A program made the translations under genes and the position numbers. From NCBI RefSeq assembly GCF_001194135.2, contig NC_068985.1:50200935-50264934 (forward strand): a stretch of DNA of 64,000 bases. Reading direction: 5' to 3'. Position 1 is the first letter of the stretch. Each line of letters begins with the position of its first letter. Source of the DNA: Octopus bimaculoides. Lineage: Eukaryota. Of the stretch, positions 26,114 through 38,212 are shown one piece after another. The notes under the pieces were generated by a model. It saw only the letters and a list, made by a program, of their open reading frames with translations, was not told the origin of the DNA and ran no database searches.

Positions 26114-27298
26114 ATGTTACTAGTGTGCCGGTTAAAATGCACGACGTATAGCCAATGAGTTAAGGCACCCATATATTAAAACAGATGCCTGGCATGAAAC
26201 TTCGTTCCTGCATCGATAATAAATACAATGTTACAAGCATATTGGCTATCATGGTTAAAGAGTATGGATAAATAGTACATGATAAGAAAAAATTGTGGAA
26301 TGATTTAGTTATGATTTCTCTACACTTGTTTCGGTAACTGTCTGGGCATTTGTTGGACATTGTCTGCTGGAAAAACATAGTCATAGTAGGAACTGGAGTA
26401 TCTACTCGAACTGAGTGTAACTGAGAGAGCCCCGCTAGAGACACCAAAGGAGATCATTTCTAGAGATGAAACGTATCCAGTACAGTTTGTAAATGTTTAC
26501 TGATGGGAAAGGCATCCAGCTAAAGAAAATATTTCAAAGGAGAACATACGAACGAAATATGAACCCCGAAATGGTATCTCTTTACTAACAGAAATCGGGT
26601 ACATGCTGTTAGAAACGATATGTATGCATCTGTTGCTGGGGTAACGTGTGAACACAACATTGGCCTATCTCTCTCTTCCTCTCTCTTTCTCTCCCTTCTA
26701 TTTCTCTCTCTTTCTCTGTCTCTCTCTTCATCCCATTACCATCACATATATGTCTCTCTCTCTCTCTCTCTCTCTTCAGCTTCAATTCATTTAGTTGAGT
26801 AAGTCGTTCATGTTGACATCGGTGACTTTTGTACAACGCATATTTGTTTTCTGTTTTTATAAAGGAGGTCGTAGCGAGGCGTCAGTTAGTTTTCAGTTAA
26901 GTAAAATTATTATTTCTTTCTATTTTGGTTTCTGTTTCTATATTATTACTATTGATCCGTTTCTTATTGTTATCATAATGCCCATGTATAAAAGTCTCTG
27001 GCAGTCCCTCTTGACTATTAGAAATCTTTATATATAGGCTTTATAAATTGAACAACGGGCGAAGACCTATTCTCGAGAAGTATGACAAATCATTGCTCGA
27101 ACTCACCTAACAAAGTTGATACGGTTTTGTCTAGCTTACTAGCTGGTTATTCCCTATACTCAAAGCCATGAAAACTCCTTCTGCTACACCCCTCAAATCT
27201 AGAATCATACTAACATTCTCATGCTAGCCATCTGTCTTAGTTTGCAGGATAAACTGCAACATCTCTTCGTCTTAAAAAGTAGATACATCTCTAGAGAA

Positions 27299-27553
27299 TA
27301 CAGTTCTATATTTAAGAGATGAGGAATTATGTACATTATTCACATTATTTACAATTGACGGATATTTGTCCTCGTCTTGTTTGTTGTTGTTGTTGTTGTT
27401 GTTGTTGTTCTTCTTCTTCTTCTTCTTCTTCTTCTTCTTCTTCTTCTTCATCTTCTTCTTCTTCTTCTTCTTCTTCTTCTTCTTCTTCTTCTTCTTCTTC
27501 TTCTTCTTCTTCTTCTTCTTCTTNNNNNNNNNNGGTTTGATTCCAGGCTGTGA

Positions 27554-27610
<57 letters not shown>

Positions 27611-27759
27611 CATCAAAAAATACCTTAGGAATGAGAACCCAGGTTCGATATTTCCCCAAGACACCTGATGAAGGCTGGAGAGTATATCAGCCGAAACGTT
27701 GCGTTAACAACAAACAAGATGAGGACAAATATCCGTCAATTGTAAATAATGTAAATAAT
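27299..27759. mobile_element. Second copy of the inverted-arm / tRNA-head / (AAT)n / hammerhead element
   Basis: 12-bp TSD atctctagagaa at 27287-27298 and 27760-27771. Left inverted arm about 27299-27390, then (TTG)n(TTC)n and a 10-N gap, the 3' end of the tRNA head at 27534-27557, (AAT)n, and the HHR tail. Confidence 0.8.
27660..27705 (+). ncRNA. Type I minimal hammerhead ribozyme (same family as 6989-7036)
   Basis: Reads GACAC CTGATGA A GGCTG-gagagtatat-CAGCC GAAA CG TT GCGTT. The core is intact with one mismatch in stem I. Confidence 0.75.
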
Positions 27760-29040
27760 ATCTCTAGAGAAGCATTGACCACAGGTCTGCTACATCAGGC
27801 CTAACCTGGGATTCAACAACAACGACTACGACAACAGCAACAATGACACCGTCTATAATCTAGATGCGTAATTCGAGCTTGCTCAGTTAAACCCGACTTC
27901 AAAGAGTGTTTTATCGTGTAGCTTAGTTCAACTCTTTAAGCAGTGAGAAGTTTGCATAATTGATGAGCGTGTTCAATGACCTAAAGTGTTGAAAAATCAA
28001 TAAGATTAGTCAATAGATGACGTGATCTGAAAACGTTGACTATATTCATCACACTTGCAAAGATAAATATTTAGTTATTGAACTTGAAGCTAAAACGAGC
28101 TGCAGAGATCTAAAAATATGAAGAATTATTTATATACGATGTATTTGCCGCTGATCCTTGTTGCTATATGTATTATATAAATAATAAATACGTACATTTT
28201 TTTTATATTTACACCCCAACCAATACATGCATGGGAATCAAACATTCGCAGCCATTTTTAAGTATGCCTTTCTGCGAATCTTTGCCAAGAGTAAATCTAC
28301 ATAGCAACATAACAGCAGTCATTTATCTATTCTTTTTTCATCCTTCTGCTTGGATGTATAAATTATTATTTTTTTTATTTCCTTGTGTATTTATTTATTC
28401 ATTCATTCATTTATTTTATTTTTCCTTATAATTAAACTAAAAAGACTAATCTATTATGCTCTGTCATAACCAGCAATTAAAATACACAGGCACACTGACT
28501 CCCACACATTTTCCTCTCACATCAAAACCAGCCTCGTTCGAAGTACTTATAAGGGTTGTGGAACGAATTTTCAAGCATACGCCCACTCACGGTAGCATAA
28601 CCAAGTTTAATTCAAGTCAATGCTCATGTTCTTGTTGTTTACAACGGCGAATGAATTCAGCAAAGGGTCAGCGGTCATTCATTAAACCTACAAATAGAGC
28701 GAGGTCTCATTAAAGCTATTGAGTCCAGTATTGTTGACTTCAGGTAACCTCTGTACACTGCTGTCTCTCTGAGGCAGAGGGCTTTGTCTTTCATTTGAAC
28801 CTCGGAGACCCAGGTGAAAGAAGCAAGGACTATCCAAAGTTGCTTAAATCAGTCCTAACTGGTCGCATTTTCTGACAGACGCTTGCCATTCAGTTGTTTA
28901 ATTCCATGATTAACCCAGATCAAAATGATATATGATCAACGGCGCCGATCAGCAAACAATTCTGTTCGCCGAACGGCTCTATTTGCTTGAAAGCATAAAC
29001 AAAGCCAACAGCTTTGGTTAGTCTGAAAGTTCCGGTTACT

Positions 29041-29084
29041 TCAGGCTGACGAGACACATCATGTTGAAACACTGATGTTCCAGA
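29041..29084 (+). ncRNA. Type I hammerhead ribozyme with a self-contained stem III
   Basis: Reads TCAGG CTGACGA GACA-catca-TGTT GAAA CA-ctga-TG TT CCAGA. Stem I pairs 4 of 5, the core is canonical, stem III is ACA/TGT with a tetraloop, and the triplet is GUU. Confidence 0.65.
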
Positions 29085-29094
29085 ATGGCCTTTC

Positions 29095-29128
29095 TTTCTG
29101 GAGAAGAGCGTTGGCTCGAAACATTAAA
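29095..29128 (+). ncRNA. Hammerhead-like motif, GAGC/GCTC family (degenerate core CUGGAGA)
   Basis: Reads TTT CTGGAGA A GAGC-gttg-GCTC GAAA CA TT AAA. Confidence 0.45.
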
Positions 29129-29556
29129 GCCTTCTTCCATTTTTTTCCTGAGCGTTAAACTAATACACCCTGTTTGTTCTTTCATCTGTCTTTGTATTTT
29201 TTGTATATTTTTGGATCATATATACATACAAACATACATACATGTATACATACGTACACGCACATGCGCACACACATGTATATGTACGTAATGTCGGAAT
29301 GAACGAATAATGCAGCCTAATTCCCATATGTGTACTTATTTGTGGGGGTGGTGTACTTACTCATATCTAAACAAGCACTAACCGTTCTTTTATGCAAATA
29401 TTTCGATACTGATATTGGAGCAAAAGATTAATTAATCAGGACGTAATCAGTTAAATCAATCACATTGCAAACTAAATTGATTATGTCTATCAACCTCAAC
29501 AAAGACCAAAACGTTGACTCTTTACTATACATACATGCATGTATACACACACACAC

Positions 29557-29629
<73 letters not shown>

Positions 29630-30236
29630 CATGTACATACATATATATGTACATATACATACATATATAAACATATATAGACATACGCGCACACACACGC
29701 GCGCCAGCATATACTTATAGTTAATAGCCTACAATGAGAAATTTCCTCTATCAGCCTATCAGGAAGTAGATCTTGCATATCCTAACATCTGTTATTATTC
29801 TCATTCTGTTTCAGATTTTCTAAGGAATAGATGATACGTTACAACAACTGAAGAACCTCGTTTATAAATCTTAACAAATGGCAGATCGTGGTGCTTTACG
29901 TTTAGTCGTTACTGTTACAAGTTATTGAGAAATCAATTTGAACGTAGGTTGTATGGTCCCTTATCTATTTTATTGCTCTAACTTCCAATCTTCCTTGTGC
30001 GCTCTTTTCCTCTTTTATCTTTTTATTTGTTTCAATTATTGGACTGCGGCCATGATAGGGCATCATTCTGAAGGACCGATTACAGTACTTTTTTTTTTTT
30101 AAATCCTGCTACTTATTCAAGTGAAAATTTTGAAGAACCCCTAATTTACGAAGAAGTCAACAAACCAACCCCGTTTGTGAAACAGTGCTGGAGGACAAAC
30201 ACAACATCAACGTAAACACACACATGCATATGCATG

Positions 30237-30268
<32 letters not shown>

Positions 30269-30280
30269 TGTATGTATGTA

Positions 30281-30518
30281 TCATCATCATCATCATCATC
30301 ATCGTTTAACGTCCGCTTTCCATGCTAGCATGGGTTGGACGATTTGACTGAGGACTGGTGAAACCGGATGGTAACACCAGGCTCCAGTCTGATTTGGCAG
30401 AGTTTCTACAGCTGGATGCCCTTCCTAACGCCAACCACTCAGAGAGTGTAGTGGGTGCTTTTACGTGTCACCCGCACGAAAACGGCCACGCTCGAAATGG
30501 TGTCTTTTATGTGCCACC
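30281..30518 (-). mobile_element. SINE family F, 3' part with a (TGA)n tail
   Basis: ggatgcccttcctaacgccaacc motif and ccatgctagcatgg near the tail. Related fragments lie near 26505-26530 and 42640-42670. Confidence 0.7.
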
Positions 30519-30749
30519 ATGTATGTATGTATGTATGTATGTATGTATGTATGTGTGAGCTGAGCGCGCGTGCGTGCGTGCGTATGTAGTATGCATGCAT
30601 GTACATATACATATATATGTATATATATATATATATATATACATATATACTTTGATACTTTGATAGGTTTCGGCCAGTATTGACCCAGGCCACGTTTAAC
30701 TTAATAGCACCACCTAGCAAAATCATTCAAATCAGGAATCGGACAACAT

Positions 30750-31205
30750 GGCCCATTAGAGGAGAGAGTTATTGTTTATGGGGGCATATCCGGATGTAGG
30801 AGGTTTATCCGGGATTTTTTTGAAGGAATTTGTCCAAAGACTTCTTGAACTTTATGGGGTCTGTTTCTGCTTTAATGTGTTTAGGTGTAATGTTAAAGAG
30901 AGCGGGGCCAATTGAGGTGAAATAATTGTGCCGTATTGCTGCTATGTGATGCGAGTATGATTTATGTTGTGGGCGGACAGCACGGGGTCCAAGTCTTGGG
31001 AGTATCTTAAAGGTGGTGCCAACATCACTTTGGCAATGCTGGTGGGATATTTTCCACATCATGTAGATGAAGTAGCGCTCACGGTGTCATTGGAGAGAAT
31101 AAAGCTTGAACTTTTCTAGTCGACCCCAATAGTCAAGGCCTGTCATGCCATTTATCTTTTTTGTAATTGACATTGTTTCTCTCGTTGTTTGCTTATTGAA
31201 CTCAT
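30750..31205 (-). mobile_element. CR1/L2-group LINE 3' fragment
   Basis: LDYWGRLEKFKLYSLQ*HRERYFIY..WKI, HNYFTSIGPALFN..P, FKKSLDKFL and PDKP..SGY. Confidence 0.75.
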
Positions 31206-31418
31206 TTGTTATCGTATTTCATGTTTACTGTTGGTGACGTCCTGTACGCATATATGTATAAGTATATATATATAATTACCCAACGAAACTAACCAATCTA
31301 CCACAAGCAAACCTCTTCCCAGCGAATTTACCAGCGCAAGGATTACCACTTCGTTTACATTACCATCACATATGTATAAATTATTTTCGCATCCTAACCG
31401 ATGCATCTATCTATATTC

Positions 31419-31469
31419 GCATTCTGAAGAGATTTACTTAAACCAGTAAATTGAAACGATCGTAAATGT
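31419..31469 (+). ncRNA. Type I hammerhead ribozyme, canonical core
   Basis: Reads GCATT CTGAAGA GATTTACT-taaacc-AGTAAATT GAAA CGATCG TA AATGT. Stem I is 5 bp, stem II is 8 bp, stem III is the palindrome ACGATCGT, and the triplet is GUA. Confidence 0.85.
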
Positions 31470-31666
31470 TACCCTCGTCTCTGCTTCTTCCTTCTTTGTT
31501 ATCTATTTAATGAAAGACATACCAGCGAAAACCACGAGTTTTCCCATTGTTATTTTATCCATTTTCTTCTCCCATATATATGTGTGTATGTGTGTCTGTG
31601 TGTGTGTATGTGTGTGTGTGTGTGCATGTGTTGTGTGTGTTTATATGTGTTGCGTGTATGTGTGTG

Positions 31667-31713
<47 letters not shown>

Positions 31714-31746
31714 NNNNNNNNNNNNNNNNTTGCGTGTATGTGTGTG

Positions 31747-31783
<37 letters not shown>

Positions 31784-31998
31784 GAGTGTCCGTATGTGGG
31801 TGTGTGTCTGCGCGTATATGCACACACACGCGCACATACACATGCAAGCGTTCACATACACATGCAACTGTGTGCACACACGTATGCACAGACGAGCGCA
31901 CACATGCGCGCACACACAGCGCGCACACACAGCGCGCACACACATGCGCACACACACACGCACACAAACTTATACATACTGACACACCCATACATACA

Positions 31999-32032
<34 letters not shown>

Positions 32033-32162
32033 CATACAGTGTATGCATCAACCATGCCACACCAGCCATGCAAGCCTACCTGCAAATCCACACTCCTTGT
32101 GTATGCACACCTACACAAGTATGCTTATTTATACACGTGCGAACTCACATATATATACACAC

Positions 32163-32392
32163 GGCGGCGAGCTGGCAGAAACGTTAGCGCACCGGGCGAA
32201 ATGCTTAGCGGCATTTTGTCTGCCGTTACATTCTGAGTTCAAATTCCGTCGAGGTCGACTTTGCCTTTCATCCTTACGGGGTCGATAAATAAAGTGCCAG
32301 TTACGCACTGGAGTCGATGTAATCGACTTACTCCCTTTGTCTGTCTTTGTTTGTCTCCTCTATGTTTAGCCCCTTGTGGGCAATAAAGAAAT
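32163..32392 (+). mobile_element. SINE family A, variant tail
   Basis: Well-conserved head and core, with the tail tgtttagccccttgtgggcaataaagaaata. Confidence 0.9.
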
Positions 32393-33678
32393 ATATATAC
32401 ACACGCGCGGAGACACACCCACACTCTCTCACACATTCACATACACATACACAAGCCGCGCACACACGTAAAGAATAAAGCAAGATAAGATAAAGCATAC
32501 AATAAATAAAAAGAAAATGTCCCAGTGTCTGACTGGCTCTTCTGTAGACTATCTTCTGGTAATAAATCCTCTAATAGTTGACAATCATTGTCAAGCATGA
32601 CGCCGTGGGCTGAAATGGGTTCAGAATGTTTCCTGGATCATAATACTTAATGATGTGTACCAAATAGTTATTTTGATTTATTGTATGCTTTATCTTATCT
32701 TTAATTTTTTATTGTATTTTTTCTCAATTAGTTCCTGTTTCAATCCCCAGTCTAGCAACTTAATCTGTTCCTTGCCATTCCTCATTCCTTCTCAATGTAT
32801 ATCAACCTGCTCTAGTTAAGCTAAAGAGAGAAACGTTACTTATATAACGAGAAACCGGCTTATATCAAATGAACTTTTGCTTCTGCACTGCGGAGTGCAT
32901 TGGAATTCATTTTATAATTTGCCACCCACGATGGAACAGTGTCGGATGTGTCGAAACGATTGTTGTGATAAATAAAGTTTCCAGTATACACTATCTTCTG
33001 TATCAATTTTTTCTGCTATATATATATATATATATNNNNNNNNNNNNNNNNNNNNNNNNNNNNNNNNNNNNNNNNNNNNNNNNNNNNNNNNNNNNNNNNN
33101 NNNNNNNNNNNNNNNNNNNNNNNNNNNNNNNNNNNNNNNNNNNNNNNNNNNNNNNNNNNNNNNNNNNNNNNNNNNNNNNNNNNNNNNNNNNNNNNNNNNN
33201 NNNNNNNNNNNNNNNNNNNNNNNNNNNNNNNNNNNNNNNNNNNNNNNNNNNNNNNNNNNNNNNNNNNNNNNNNNNNNNNNNNNNNNNNNNNNNNNNNNNN
33301 NNNNNNNNNNNNNNNNNNNNNNNNNNNNNNNNNNNNNNNNNNNNNNNNNNNNNNNNNNNNNNNNNNNNNNNNNNNNNNNNNNNNNNNNNNNNNNNNNNNN
33401 NNNNNNNNNNNNNNNNNNNNNNNNNNNNNNNNNNNNNNNNNNNNNNNNNNNNNNNNNNNNNNNNNNNNNNNNNNNNNNNNNNNNNNNNNNNNNNNNNNNN
33501 NNNNNNNNNNNNNNNNNNNNNNNNNNNNNNNNNNNNNNNNNNNNNNNNNNNNNNNNNNNNNNNNNNNNNNNNNNNNNNNNNNNNNNNNNNNNNNNNNNNN
33601 NNNNNNNNNNNNNNNNNNNNNNNNNNNNNNNNNNNNNNNNNNNNNNNNNNNNNNNNNNNNNNNNNNNNNNNNNNNNNG

Positions 33679-34596
33679 CATTAACGTAACGAAAACAGCC
33701 GAAAGGTTTGGTGTATCAAGAAGTACTGTCTCGAAAGTAATGATAGCCTATGAGAAAGAGGGAAAAACCTCCTCGTTGGACTCTTACGCGAATTGTTAGA
33801 AAGGATCACAAAAGTACAGCTCCCAGAATTACTGCAGAGCTTAATGACCACCATGCGAACCCAGTTTCCACAAAAACTGTTCACCGGGAGCTATACTAAG
33901 CCCCCTTACGGGAGGACTGCAGTCAGAAAAACACCACTTTCAAAAACAGACGTTGCAATGCGTATAGAGTGGAGTAAAAACCTACAGAATTGGTCCCTAG
34001 AGCAGTGGAAGAATATTATTTACTCGGACGAATCATCCTTTACCTTATTTCCGACCAATGACCGTGTATATTTGTGGAGACAGCCAAAAGAAGCATTTGA
34101 CCCAGACTACCTTCTTTCAACTGTTAAACATGGAGGAAGATCTGTGATGATCTGGGGGTGGGTCAAGACTATTTATGCATTTTATCTGATCAAATTCATC
34201 CTTTGGTTGCGGAAACATTTCCGGAGGGAAACGCAGTCTTTCAGGATGATAATGCACCTATTCGCACAGCTAAAGTTGTTACTGAATGGCACGAGGAACA
34301 TTTTAGTGAAGTTGAACATCTAATCTGGCCACCACTGTCCCCAGATCTCAATATTAGCAAATATTTATGGTGCATTTTAGAAAACAAGTAAGGATTCGAT
34401 ATCCTCCATCATCATTACTACAAGTCCTGAGTATTTTAGCTGAAGAATAGACAAAAATTCCTATGGATACAATTCAAACGTTGTACAAGTCCATACCTCG
34501 TAGAATTCAAGCTGTATTTACTGCCAAAGGCGGTCCTACCCCATATTAGAATAAATTTGTTTGAGATTTTAAGGTGTTTCCATTATTTTGTGCAAC
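33679..34596 (+). mobile_element. Tc1-like transposase pseudogene with DD36(E) spacing
   Basis: WKNIIYSDESSF, TVKHGG.SVMIWG and FQDDNAP...WPPLSPDLNISK. The element is frameshifted and flanked by gaps. Confidence 0.9.
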
Positions 34597-35084
34597 NNNN
34601 NNNNNNNNNNNNNNNNNNNNNNNNNNNNNNNNNNNNNNNNNNNNNNNNNNNNNNNNNNNNNNNNNNNNNNNNNNNNNNNNNNNNNNNNNNNNNNNNNNNN
34701 NNNNNNNNNNNNNNNNNNNNNNNNNNNNNNNNNNNNNNNNNNNNNNNNNNNNNNNNNNNNNNNNNNNNNNNNNNNNNNNNNNNNNNNNNNNNNNNNNNNN
34801 NNNNNNNNNNNNNNNNNNNNNNNNNNNNNNNNNNNNNNNNNNNNNNNNNNNNNNNNNNNNNNNNNNNNNNNNNNNNNNNNNNNNNNNNNNNNNNNNNNNN
34901 NNNNNNNNNNNNNNNNNNNNNNNNNNNNNNNNNNNNNNNNNNNNNNNNNNNNNNNNNNNNNNNNNNNNNNNNNNNNNNNNNNNNNNNNNNGGAATATTAT
35001 ACACAAACAACAATATTATGTAAATATCAAACTTGGTACATAAGTACCGGCCGAATGATATTGTTGCAGTGTATGTAGACAAGT

Positions 35085-35474
35085 GAGGAGGCGCAATGGC
35101 CCAGTGGTTAGGGAAGCGGACTCGCGGTCATAGGATCGCGGTTTCGATTCCCAGACCGGGCGTTGTGAGTGTTTATTGAGCGAAAACAGCTAAAGATCCA
35201 CAAGGCTCCTGCAGGGGATGGTGGCGAACCCTGCTGTACTCTTTCATCGCAACTTTCTCTCATTCTTACTTCATGTTACTGTTGTGCCTGTAATTCAAAG
35301 GGTCAGCCTTGTCACACTGTGTCACGCTGAATATCCCCGAGAACTACGTTAAGGGTACACGTGTCTGTGGAGTGCTCAGCCACTTGCACATTAATTTCAC
35401 GAGCAGGCTGTTCCGTTGATCGGATCAACTGGAACCCTCGACGTCGTAAGCGACGGAGTGCCTACAACAACAAC
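35085..35474 (+). mobile_element. SINE family B, full length
   Basis: Same head and body, with the TSD atgtagacaagt at 35073-35084 and 35475-35486. Confidence 0.9.
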
Positions 35475-35795
35475 ATGTAGACAAGTAAACCCTAAACCCA
35501 GCTGAGCGAAGAAATCCGCTCTTGAGCTATTCAGACATGTACATTATATTAAATATATGGTCCATAATATTTACGAAGGGCAGATTCTGTCAATTGATCT
35601 AGTTGCAGAATCACTATAAATATTTTTGCTCCGTGGATTTTAAACTATCTTAAATCATTTCGAATGTTCTTTGTTTTGAAGTTCATGAATTCATCTGAAG
35701 AAAACTGTTTCTTTACAATGATGTAATGCTTTCATTAATCAATTAAAGAAGTCGTTAGAAACAACCGTAATGGATTGACACCTGTACCCCTACTG

Positions 35796-35827
<32 letters not shown>

Positions 35828-35829
<2 letters not shown>

Positions 35830-35983
35830 CGGGCTTCCAGCTTCTGCCAATCAAATTCACTTACAAGGCTTTGGTCGGGCGGGGCTATAGTAGAAGACAC
35901 TTGTCCAAGGTGTTGTACAGCGGGACAGAACCCGAAACCATGCGGTTGGGAGGCAATCTTCTTACCACACATCAATGCCTGTA
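35828..35983 (-). mobile_element. SINE family C, 5' half
   Basis: Reverse complement of the family C head and core, ending in (TA)n. Confidence 0.8.
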
Positions 35984-36190
35984 CCCGTTTCTTCATACTT
36001 TTATCTTTTCTTGTTTCACTTCATGTACCACGTACAACTTACCTTCATATTGACTCGGTGTTTATCTAATCAACTGGTCAGAGGATATGTATCTTCTCTC
36101 GCTGTCTTTACCGACTACTTCTTTCTTTCAGTTTCCCGGTTGTCACTAAGCGTTCAATGTTTCCTCTTCTCTCCTTTTGTGTCTTAGGGC

Positions 36191-36622
36191 CAGGGTCGGA
36201 TTAAGACTATCGAGGCTCTGAGCGCTTAAAAGATTTTGGTGCCTCCCCCTAAAAGATTATGTAATTCAAAATATAAACAATAATAAACCATAAAATAGAT
36301 TTTTATTTTTCAAAACGAAACAAAACAGTAAGTGGGAAAATAATGGTTATTTTTATATACTTCAACTTTATTTATATTTGAAAAGTTTCCTCCTAATTTT
36401 TTAAATTGCTACGTCTTTGATCAGATACTCAAAATTAATCTTCGGTAATACATCTACATCTATATTTATTTACTAGAGATAAAGACACCCCGAATATTAT
36501 TTTAGCAAGTTTAAAGGGATTTGTTTTGTGCCGTAAACCATTTACCATTTCTATGGTGCCCCTCTCCTTCCCTTGATGCCCTAAGCACGTGCTTATTTTT
36601 CTTAATGGTTAAACTAGCGCTG
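36191..36622. mobile_element. hAT-type MITE
   Basis: 8-bp TSD cttagggc at 36183-36190 and 36623-36630. The TIRs are imperfect: cagggtcggattaa / ttaaactagcgctg. Confidence 0.75.
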
Positions 36623-36804
36623 CTTAGGGCAACAGGGTATTTTGTTTCAGTGCAGCAGTATGCCAAAATACTAGTTTTGCATGGTTTCAATATGTCAAAA
36701 TACTAATTTTATATGATTTTTAATATTATCAAAATGCGAGATTTGTGTTCTTTCAATCTTACCAAAATCATTTTCTTTGGTTTTAATATTTTCAAAATAC
36801 AAAT

Positions 36805-37020
36805 TGGCGAGTTGGCAGAATCGTTAGCACACCGGACAAATTGCTTTGCGGCATTTCGTCTTTCTTTACGTTCTGAGTTCCAATTCCACCGTAGTCGACT
36901 TTTCCTTTTCATCCTTTCGGGGTCAATGAAGTAAGCACCACTTGAGTACTGAGGTTGATGTAATTGACTTATTCATCCCCTGAAATTGCTGACCTTGTAT
37001 CAAAATTTGAAACCAATATT
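36805..37020 (+). mobile_element. SINE family A
   Basis: Family A head, core and tail within the minisatellite. Confidence 0.85.
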
Positions 37021-37374
37021 ACTAGGATACTATTTTTGTGTGGTTTCAATATACCGAAACACTAATTTTCTGTGATTTCAATGTTAATAAAATACAAAAT
37101 CTGAATACTTTAATATTACCCCAAAACTAGTTTTGTATAGTTTCAATATTCCCTAAATACTACTTTGTATGATTTTTTAATATTAGCAAAATACTAGTTT
37201 TGTGTTCTTACAGTATTGTCAAAATACAAGTTTTGTGCAATTTCAATATGCCAAATCATTTGTTTTGTGTAGTCTCGACATTGTTAAAATACTAGCCTCA
37301 AATGTGTGGTTTCAACATTATCAAAATACTAGCATCGTGTGGTTGCAATATTACCAAAATACTACCAAAAGACC

Positions 37375-37818
37375 GGCGAGCTGGCAGAATCGTTAGCACC
37401 CCGGGCGAAATGCTTAGCGGTAGTTCGTCAGCCGTTACGTTCTGAGTTCAAATTCCGCCGAGGTCGACTTTGCCTTTCATTCTTTCGGGGTTGATAAATT
37501 AAGTACTAGATGCGTACTGGGTCGATCTAATTGACTAGGCCCCTCTCCAACAATTTCGGGCGTTGTGCCGAGAGTAGAAAAGAATATTATCAAAACACGA
37601 AGGCAGCGAGCTGGCAGAATCGTTACCACACCGGGAAAAATGCTTGGCAGCATTTGTTCCGACTTTACATTTTGAGTTCAAATGCTGCTGAGGTCGACTT
37701 TGCTTTTCATCCTTTAGGGGTCGATAAAGTAAGTACCAGTTGAACACTGGCGTAGATATAATTGACTTATCCCACCCTCGAAATTGCTGGCCTTGTGTAA
37801 AAATTTGAAACCAATATT
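37375..37818 (+). mobile_element. Two tandem SINE family A copies (37375-37590 and 37601-37818)
   Basis: Two successive heads, each gcgagctggcagaatcgtta. Confidence 0.9.
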
Positions 37819-37885
37819 GCTAAAATATATTTAATATATTTGCGTACTTTCAATAAACCAAAATATTAATTTTGTATAGTTTCAA

Positions 37886-38212
37886 TAAAAAAGGGTAAAG
37901 ACCTCCTTTGATTATGGATAACCTTGACATTGCACCTAGAAAGCTCCCCTCCAAGACACAAGTCTGGGTAAGATTTGTGGAAGATCAGCAGTCGCCCATG
38001 CAAACCAGCCGCCAATGCTTTCCAAGGGCAACGTAAAGGCCGATACAGTTTGATACCAGTGACGTCGCAACTAATTTTTACAGCTGAGTGAACTGGTACA
38101 AAGTGAAATAACTTGTCTTGCTCGAGAACACAACACACAGCCCGGTCTGGGAATCGAACCCACTACCTCACGACTGTGAGCCTGACGCTCTAACCACTGA
38201 GCCATGCGCCTT
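37886..38212 (-). mobile_element. tRNA-derived SINE family E
   Basis: Minus-strand head aaggcgcatggctcagtggttagagc...gggttcgattccc. The central domain is similar to family D but the 3' part differs. Confidence 0.8.

Noticed and set aside
32922-32967. Hammerhead remnant (…GATGG AACA…TGTC GAAAC GATTGT TGTG)
   Set aside because: The core CUGANGA is not recoverable, so it is too decayed to call.
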